A stretch of 64,000 nt of DNA from a virus, in IMG/VR virus record IMGVR_UViG_3300030012_005163, positions 96,001-160,000 of that record. The stretch is one strand, 5' to 3'. The position numbers and the translations under genes were made by a program. Below, piece by piece: positions 57,969 to 64,000 of this stretch. Position 1 is the stretch's first letter; every line of letters starts with the position of its first letter. The notes beneath the pieces were generated by a model that was given only the letters and a program-made list of their open reading frames with translations, did no database searches and had not been told where the DNA came from.

Positions 57969-59030
57969 ATGGAAGAAAAAAACGACATAAATGACTTTGT
58001 TAATTTTATCTTAAATGACGAAGTAAAAGAAAATGAAAAAGAATTAGGTTTAGAACATCCTAGTGTGGAATATGAAGCTAAAGAAAGAGAAGTAGTAGAT
58101 AAAGTTTTAGAAGAACGTAGTATCGAAGAGAGATTATCTTATTATACTTGTAAAAGGTTTCAAGGTGAAGAAAGAGGTGTTTGTGATAAATTAAATGTAT
58201 TAGGTAGGTGGTTAAAAGAAAAAGATGGGTTAGATATGCAACCTATTATAGATACCTTATTGTTACCACGTAAAGATGATAGAGATATGAATCCTAATTT
58301 TCAAGAACCTTTAAAGTATTTGTATGAAACTGGCAAATTCAAAGACATAAGCGAAAAAGATGGTTATTACACATCTCAAAGACTATTAAGTTGTGAGTTA
58401 GTCAGAAATGAAGAAGGTGAATGGGTATTTGTGAACAAATTAAATACTAGTTGGAGTGATCTTGCAGAACTACTTACTACATTGTTTATGAGGGGTGGTA
58501 AAATAGGGGAACTTAAACATATGAATGTTACTGAAATAAAAAACTTTCTTTTAAATTTAAGAAACAGTGGTAACCCAACAAGAAAAAATCCTCAGTCATC
58601 ACATTTATATAGATTATTAGAAAAATATTTTACTGTGGATGAGTATGATGAATATACATATAATACTCGAAAGAATACTATCATAGGAGATGAAATAGAA
58701 GACTTAACAATTAAGTTATTGGAAAAACAAGGTTTTAAATTACTTTATCACGGTAATAATGGTAACTTTATTGATATGAAGTATGGTATTGATATGATTA
58801 TGGAATTAGAGGGTAAAGTTTATTTAATACAAGTTAAGAGTAAGTCTAACGCAGCGAAGATGGCAATGGATTATCCTAATTATAGATATATTGATTTATT
58901 CGCTGGTGAAACTCCAGATAAGAATGGTATAATGTTATATGACAGAGAATCTATGAAAGAAGGTGAATTCATCGCCAAAGATATCCTACAAGATAATTTA
59001 GATTATCTGATTAATAAGTACTCCAATTAA
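57969..59030 (+). CDS. hypothetical protein with C-terminal PD-(D/E)XK nuclease-like domain
   Basis: GDEIEDL..LLEKQGF...GIDMIMELEGKVYLIQVKSK. Confidence 0.55.
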   Translation: MEEKNDINDFVNFILNDEVKENEKELGLEHPSVEYEAKEREVVDKVLEERSIEERLSYYTCKRFQGEERGVCDKLNVLGRWLKEKDGLDMQPIIDTLLLPRKDDRDMNPNFQEPLKYLYETGKFKDISEKDGYYTSQRLLSCELVRNEEGEWVFVNKLNTSWSDLAELLTTLFMRGGKIGELKHMNVTEIKNFLLNLRNSGNPTRKNPQSSHLYRLLEKYFTVDEYDEYTYNTRKNTIIGDEIEDLTIKLLEKQGFKLLYHGNNGNFIDMKYGIDMIMELEGKVYLIQVKSKSNAAKMAMDYPNYRYIDLFAGETPDKNGIMLYDRESMKEGEFIAKDILQDNLDYLINKYSN

Positions 59031-59062
59031 TTTGTAATTTTATTTATAAATTACTATATTTA
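59031..59062 (+). promoter_or_regulatory. Bacteroidota-type promoter variant
   Basis: TTTG-N20-TATATTTA upstream of ATG 59086. Confidence 0.55.
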
Positions 59063-59085
59063 CAAAAAATTAAATATTTATAGGT

Positions 59086-59724
59086 ATGGGATGTGATATA
59101 CATATGTATGTGGAAAAGAAAAATCCAGTTACACATAATTGGGATAAGATGGGAAATGTATTTTTTCAATCTTATGGCGCTAGTCTTATAATAAGACATT
59201 TAGTGAGTAATATGGGTATAACTGAGGATGAAGGATGGACTATTTTACAAAAATGGAGAGATGGTGAAGAACCCTCTAATAAATTAGAAGAGTATATTAT
59301 TGGTACTTATATTCCAAAAAATATGGCAGATGAACATTTACATTGGTATGAGGCAGATCAAAAAGGATTATTTCCATATCCTTATAGTGATCAACCCTAT
59401 GGTGGTAGGTGTTATAGATTATTTGGTGCATTAGCAGGTGTAAGAGACACATCAATAGATATGATAGTACATGGTAGGTGGGATACATTACCTGATGATG
59501 TGAGTGATGAAATAAAAGGTATATCAGATGAATGGGGAATGGACGCTCATTCACACAGTTACTTAACATTGAGAGAATTAATGGATAGTAAGTATTATAA
59601 GATGAGTGGGCGCGAGTTATACGATATGGGTATAGATGCATATTTCTTTAAAACTATGGTTCCTGATTTACAGAAATTTGGTAATCCCGATGATATAAGA
59701 ATAGTATTTTGGTTTGATAATTAA
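59086..59724 (+). CDS. conserved phage hypothetical protein (MGCDIH...RIVFWFDN type)
   Basis: Recognisable N- and C-terminal motifs, R.Y.LFGALAGVR, HSHSYLTL. Confidence 0.7.
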   Translation: MGCDIHMYVEKKNPVTHNWDKMGNVFFQSYGASLIIRHLVSNMGITEDEGWTILQKWRDGEEPSNKLEEYIIGTYIPKNMADEHLHWYEADQKGLFPYPYSDQPYGGRCYRLFGALAGVRDTSIDMIVHGRWDTLPDDVSDEIKGISDEWGMDAHSHSYLTLRELMDSKYYKMSGRELYDMGIDAYFFKTMVPDLQKFGNPDDIRIVFWFDN

Positions 59725-59726
59725 TT

Positions 59727-60425
59727 ATGGAGGAAAAAAATAGAATATTAATAATTGGTGTAGATAAAGAAATTCATTCATCAATTACAGAGCAATTCGA
59801 CACCCAAAATTTTGAGTGTGTTGCAGTAACACACGGAAAAGAAGGGTTAAGTAAAATAAGAGAGTTTAGATTTGATGTCGTAATTTTAGATGAAAAATTA
59901 GTGGATATCGAAGGATTAGATTTAGTTCAAACCATAAGATTAGAGGATAGTAAAACACCTATTATATATATTAGTTTTCACGATCATGAAAACAAAATGT
60001 TACAATTACTACGAAATGGTGTAAATGATTATTTAGTAAAACCTTTATCTTATGAAGAAATAAAATATAAAACTATAAATTATATTAAATTATTTGGTAA
60101 AAATGTTAATAATATGACTACTGATAAAATAGATATTGGTGATCATAGCATTGATTTTAAATCATTTATTGTTAGTAATGAGGTAGGTGATGAATTTAGA
60201 TTAACCCAAAGACAAGTTAAATTACTAAAACTTTTAATTAGTAAGAATAATGAAGTTGTATCAAGAGAAGAAATTTTAGAAAAGATATGGGGTTATGATG
60301 TTTACATAAAAACTAGAACAATAGATAATGTTATACTGTCTTTAAGAAAAATATTTGAGAAGGACAAAACCCCTAATACTTTCTTTAAATCTGTAAGAGG
60401 GGTAGGTTATAAATTAACTTTTTAA
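59727..60425 (+). CDS. OmpR/PhoB-family response regulator (receiver plus winged helix)
   Basis: FDVVILDE, TPIIYIS, GVNDYLVKP; VVSREEILEKIWG, TRTIDN, SVRGVGYK. Confidence 0.88.
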   Translation: MEEKNRILIIGVDKEIHSSITEQFDTQNFECVAVTHGKEGLSKIREFRFDVVILDEKLVDIEGLDLVQTIRLEDSKTPIIYISFHDHENKMLQLLRNGVNDYLVKPLSYEEIKYKTINYIKLFGKNVNNMTTDKIDIGDHSIDFKSFIVSNEVGDEFRLTQRQVKLLKLLISKNNEVVSREEILEKIWGYDVYIKTRTIDNVILSLRKIFEKDKTPNTFFKSVRGVGYKLTF

Positions 60426-60443
60426 AAAAAAATTAAAAAAAAA

Positions 60444-60475
60444 TTTGACTTTTAAATATATTCGCCCTATATTTG
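60444..60475 (+). promoter_or_regulatory. Bacteroidota-type sigma70 promoter (-33/-7)
   Basis: TTTG 60444-47, 20-nt spacer, TATATTTG 60468-75, upstream of the TROVE-like gene. Confidence 0.7.
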
Positions 60476-60516
60476 TATCACACTTTTAAAAAACAATTTA
60501 AAAAACAACCAAAACT

Positions 60517-61968
60517 ATGGGTAATTCAATGACTAAATACAGAGAAATGGAGGAAGAAAAAGCGCAATTAACCGAAAACGGTATGTCTACGAATAACACT
60601 ACACTAAATAACTGTGTAGATTTATTTTTCTCTATTGGGGCTATGAGAGGAAAGAATAAAGTCACCTTAATTGAAAAATTTTCCAAAGCATATAGTGAAA
60701 ATCCATTGGTTGCTACTCGCATCCTTTTTTGGGTAAGGGATGTTAGAGAAGGTGCAGGTGAGAGACAAATTTTTAGAGATGTTATTTCTCACTTAGTAAA
60801 ACTTTCACCAGATGTTGTTAAAAAGAATGTTCATCTTATTTCTGAATACGGAAGATGGGATGATGTATTTACATTAATTGGTACTGACTTAGAAGGTATG
60901 GTTATAGACTTAATCGTAACTGCGTTAGGTAACGAAGACGGTTTATGTGCTAAGTGGATGCCTCGTAAAGGTGAAGTATTTAATAAAGTTAGAAGAGCTT
61001 TAAAAGTTTCCCCAAAAGAATTAAGAAAAAGATTAGTAGGTTTGACAGATGTAGTAGAAACTAAGATGTGTTCAAATCGATGGAAAGAAATTGACTACTC
61101 TAAAATACCTTCATTGGCATCGGCAAGATACCAAAAAGCGTTTTGGAGAAGAGATGAAAAGGGTTATAACCAATTTGTAGAAGACCTTAAAGAAGGTAAA
61201 ACTACAGTTAATAGTGGGGCATTATATCCTTACGATATTTTAAAGACTTTGTATACTGGTGTTGATGAAACAGTTTCTCAAAATCAATGGGATAATTTAC
61301 CTAACTTTATGGAAGGTAATGAGGATAGAGTTTTACCAATGGTTGATGTTTCAGGTTCAATGAGTTGTTCCGCAGGTAGTAATGATTCACTTACTTGTAT
61401 GGATGTAGCAATCTCATTAGGTATCTATATTTCAGAAAGGAATGAAGGAGCATTTAAAGATAGTTTTTTAACTTTTTCTTCAACACCGAGTTTACAGTAC
61501 TTAACTGGTGATTCACTAAAAGGTAAATTACAACAGTTAAGAAGTGCACATTGGGGAATGAGTACAAATTTAACGGCAACATTTGATTTATTGTTAAATC
61601 AGGCAGTAACTCATAATATTCCTTTAGGGGAAATGCCGACAAAAATATTAATATTATCAGATATGGAATTCGATGCAGCGACAGGAAATTGTTGGGAAGA
61701 ATCTGATAGTTGGAATCCTACCGCAATGGAGATGATTAAAACAAAATATGAAGAAGCTGGTTATGAAATGCCAACAATAGTATTTTGGAATCTTCATTCC
61801 AGAGGTAATGATAATTTTCCTGTTAAACAGGATGAGATGAACACCGCTTTAATCTCAGGATTTAGTCCATCAATATTAAAGTCAGTATTGAATGGGGAGA
61901 ATTTAACTCCTTACTCAGTAATGATGAAGACTGTTGATAGTACTAGGTATGAGAATATAACGGTATAG
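60517..61968 (+). CDS. TROVE/Ro60-like protein with vWA domain (DUF2828-type)
   Basis: CVDLFF, LFWVRDVREGAGERQIF, EYGRWDD, AKWMPR, VETKMC, LYPYDI; MIDAS VDVSGSM, WGMSTN, LSDMEFD, IVFWNL, ISGFSP. Confidence 0.85.
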   Translation: MGNSMTKYREMEEEKAQLTENGMSTNNTTLNNCVDLFFSIGAMRGKNKVTLIEKFSKAYSENPLVATRILFWVRDVREGAGERQIFRDVISHLVKLSPDVVKKNVHLISEYGRWDDVFTLIGTDLEGMVIDLIVTALGNEDGLCAKWMPRKGEVFNKVRRALKVSPKELRKRLVGLTDVVETKMCSNRWKEIDYSKIPSLASARYQKAFWRRDEKGYNQFVEDLKEGKTTVNSGALYPYDILKTLYTGVDETVSQNQWDNLPNFMEGNEDRVLPMVDVSGSMSCSAGSNDSLTCMDVAISLGIYISERNEGAFKDSFLTFSSTPSLQYLTGDSLKGKLQQLRSAHWGMSTNLTATFDLLLNQAVTHNIPLGEMPTKILILSDMEFDAATGNCWEESDSWNPTAMEMIKTKYEEAGYEMPTIVFWNLHSRGNDNFPVKQDEMNTALISGFSPSILKSVLNGENLTPYSVMMKTVDSTRYENITV

Positions 61969-61980
61969 TTCTTTGACATA

Positions 61981-62390
61981 AAAATGGTATAGAGGAATGG
62001 TTTCGGCAAATTTAAAAAACTAAAACCAAGATCGAGAAGGTGGGAGTTTGACCCACAACCTTTCAGTAATGAGGGGCGGAAAAAAACAAACACATACAAT
62101 TCCGCTACCGTTTTTTAAATTGGTGTAAAACGAATGGTTTCTGCAAACTCTAACTTAAAACTAGAACGTAGAACAGAGGTTTTATTTTCCCTTTACCCAA
62201 ACTTATAAAGGGATCAACCATAGGTAAGTTTAAACGTGAGATAATCTCACACTTTAGGTTGTAAAACATACCTCTTGAATTTGTCTCAAGTTAAACAAAG
62301 ACACTCAGTGGGGCTGAGTTACCAAATCTACCGTAGGGACAGTCCTTACGTTAAATAAAAGCTGGACCCCCATTCCGACACCACATTATT
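61981..62390 (+). ncRNA. Putative structured non-coding RNA(s) downstream of the TROVE-like gene
   Basis: No credible ORF; higher GC than flanks; many hairpins and long-range helices; ends at a terminator. Confidence 0.6.
61995..62166 (+). repeat. Two copies of hairpin GAATGGTTT-C(G/T)GCAAA-N12-13-AAAC(C/T)A
   Basis: Copies at 61995-62030 and 62132-62166. Confidence 0.7.
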
Positions 62391-62391
62391 G

Positions 62392-62427
62392 AGAGAGGAT
62401 ATTTTAATTAGTATCCTCTTTTTTTTT
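62392..62427 (+). terminator. Rho-independent terminator
   Basis: agaggatat/gtatcctct stem plus 9 T. Confidence 0.85.
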
Positions 62428-62462
62428 AATATAACTTTATTATATTTAATAATAAAAACATT

Positions 62463-62759
62463 ATGGGAAAATTTGATGAATTAATAAACTCAGAAAAACC
62501 TACATTAGTAGATTTTTATGCCACTTGGTGTGGACCGTGTAAGATGATGTCTCCTTTATTAGAAGAAGTTGCAACAGAATTAGGTGAGTCTACTAAAATA
62601 ATAAAAGTAGATATAGATAAGAATCGTGATGCTGCGGCACAATATGGTATTAGGAGTGTACCTACTCTATTATTATTTAAAGAAGGTGAGGTTGTTTGGA
62701 GACAAAGTGGTTTACCACCTAAAAATTTAATAACAGAATCTATAAAAAAGTTTATCTAA
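62463..62759 (+). CDS. trxA: Thioredoxin
   Basis: DFYATWCGPCK, VDID, IRSVPTL. Confidence 0.95.
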   Translation: MGKFDELINSEKPTLVDFYATWCGPCKMMSPLLEEVATELGESTKIIKVDIDKNRDAAAQYGIRSVPTLLLFKEGEVVWRQSGLPPKNLITESIKKFI

Positions 62760-62826
62760 TCATTTACAGTATTAAAAAAAATGACTAATATTATACTATA
62801 ATAATAAAAAAGTATAAATATATGTA

Positions 62827-63291
62827 ATGAAAATAGTAACTAAAAATTATTCACTTAAAAACGGAAAGAGATCGTATTTAGTGTATTTGAAAGATCAAAA
62901 TGATAACTCCTTAGAATGTTATGACATTTATGGTGATGAAGAAAGGTTGAAAAAGGAAGAAGAGTTAAGTGAAAAATATGAAATTGATACAATCAATATT
63001 AGTTACGTTTCATTAGAAAAGTTTAAAGAAGACGAAGATCCGATAGAAAAACCATTATTTTTAGTATTTTATTTAAGTAGAGATTTATTTACTAATAAAG
63101 AATTAGTTGCAGCATATGGGGAAAATGTTAAAAAATATTTAGACGAAAAAGGTGACAATGTAAGATTATTTTTTATGCCCACAGACGGTGAAGAAAAAAT
63201 AGAATGTATTAATCCATTATATATCAACAGTAGAAAAGAGTATAATAAAATAGATAATTTAATTAATGAACTAGAGAATCAGTTAGTTTAA
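62827..63291 (+). CDS. hypothetical protein
   Basis: 154-aa ORF. Confidence 0.65.
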   Translation: MKIVTKNYSLKNGKRSYLVYLKDQNDNSLECYDIYGDEERLKKEEELSEKYEIDTINISYVSLEKFKEDEDPIEKPLFLVFYLSRDLFTNKELVAAYGENVKKYLDEKGDNVRLFFMPTDGEEKIECINPLYINSRKEYNKIDNLINELENQLV

Positions 63292-63935
63292 GGTCTAGTT
63301 TTTGTTCTATATAATTTGAATTCGTCCCAGCCAGTCTTATCCCTAATAAGTTTGTAAATATCTTTTTTATTTTTACTTATTTTTCCGGTAAACATTATAT
63401 TTTTTAAATTATTATTTTGATAAAAATCTTCTAATAAATAATATAATTTTTCACAATCTTTTTGACATTTACAAATTACTATATCAAAATCATTATTTTG
63501 ATGAATTAACAATTTGTTGTTTACATAATTAACTTGTTTTATTATTAATCCTTTATGTTTTTTCATTAGTATAGATTTAATAATTTCAATACATGTTAAT
63601 CTTTTATCATAGTTAAAAACACTAAATTTTTCCTCAAAGTGATAGTTACATTTTTCCACTATAGTCCACTTTTTATTTTTATCTTCGATTTCAATATTTC
63701 TTCCTATCTCATCTCTATCAATAAATGGTTTATCACCCTCACTCCATTTTTTTAATAAAATTAATTCGTATTTTACTGGTTTAACTTTTTTATATGCAAT
63801 ATGTTCTCTACTATATAATACTTTATTTTTATCTTTGTATTTAAAATATTTTTTAGTAGCGAATGATAAATCATTACCTTTAAATAATATTTTTTTCTTT
63901 TTATTATTACTTGTTATGATAATTCTATACTGCAT
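63288..63935 (-). CDS. hypothetical basic protein
   Basis: 215-aa ORF convergent with the previous gene (4-nt overlap). Confidence 0.65.
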   Translation of the reverse strand: MQYRIIITSNNKKKKILFKGNDLSFATKKYFKYKDKNKVLYSREHIAYKKVKPVKYELILLKKWSEGDKPFIDRDEIGRNIEIEDKNKKWTIVEKCNYHFEEKFSVFNYDKRLTCIEIIKSILMKKHKGLIIKQVNYVNNKLLIHQNNDFDIVICKCQKDCEKLYYLLEDFYQNNNLKNIMFTGKISKNKKDIYKLIRDKTGWDEFKLYRTKTRP

Positions 63936-64000
63936 TACTTTATTTTTATTAAAATAAGTGTTATTATTTATAAATAAATAATAAAGTATGACAAAAGATT

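Noticed and set aside
167-61642. Many short ORFs in the track antisense to, or nested in, long genes (e.g. 1017-1328, 7920-8336, 12220-12420, 38627-38821, 44688-45095, 61454-61642)
   Set aside because: Shadow ORFs of AT-rich coding sequence; no motifs, promoters or leaders, and they overlap well-supported genes
8929-61968. Stop-codon reassignment, as seen in some large Bacteroidota phages
   Set aside because: Genes are intact in code 11; TAG (8931, 13994, 18600, 61968) and TGA (47994) act as true stops followed closely by the next gene or motif
61981-62390. Additional tRNA or tmRNA in the post-TROVE tract
   Set aside because: No TTCRA T-loop in a cloverleaf context and no acceptor stem with a CCA end found by eye
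1-64000. Eukaryotic giant virus or bacterial chromosome/prophage origin
   Set aside because: gp25/gp6 baseplate, sigma70, endolysin and bacterial promoters indicate a phage; no integrase, att site or housekeeping operons
63988-64000. Start of a further plus-strand gene after a TATTTATAAATA motif
   Set aside because: Only four codons lie inside the window; cannot be called

Overview
The window is a very AT-rich, gene-dense segment of a large lytic myovirus-like (jumbo-type) dsDNA bacteriophage read in the standard code 11. The host is probably Bacteroidota: there are TTTG-N20-TAnnTTTG promoters, a short Bacteroidota-type sigma70, an Hc1-like protein, A-rich SD-less leaders and a Bacteroidota-type beta-propeller. 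Order: (1) 1-6.6 kb replication/recombination (ssDNA-binding protein, RecA/UvsX, 5'-3' exonuclease, DnaB-like helicase, class II RNR). (2) 6.7-34.1 kb baseplate/tail cluster (gp25-like, gp6/J-like, 1533-aa and 2752-aa Cys-rich proteins, a beta-propeller protein, two paralogous tail proteins). (3) 34.2-44.6 kb RuvC, primase, a cyclic-phosphate receiver-like protein, small early ORFs, tRNA-Leu(TAA), tRNA-Arg(TCT), a ParB-domain fusion, PD-(D/E)XK exonuclease, SbcD/SbcC and a sigma factor. (4) 44.7-56.4 kb membrane/lysis and putative head-associated genes (degenerate Amidase_2, spanin-like pair, PG-binding Amidase_3 endolysin, Hc1, NlpC/P60, Nudix). (5) 56.4-64 kb accessory genes: a full-length LpxA homolog coupled to a GT2 glycosyltransferase, an orphan OmpR-family regulator, a TROVE/Ro60-like vWA protein followed by a roughly 400-nt highly structured non-coding region with a duplicated hairpin motif, and thioredoxin. 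The best candidates for new biology are the Ro60-like protein plus putative ncRNA and the LpxA-GT2 cassette. All family assignments come from motifs recognised by eye; no searches or folding programs were run.
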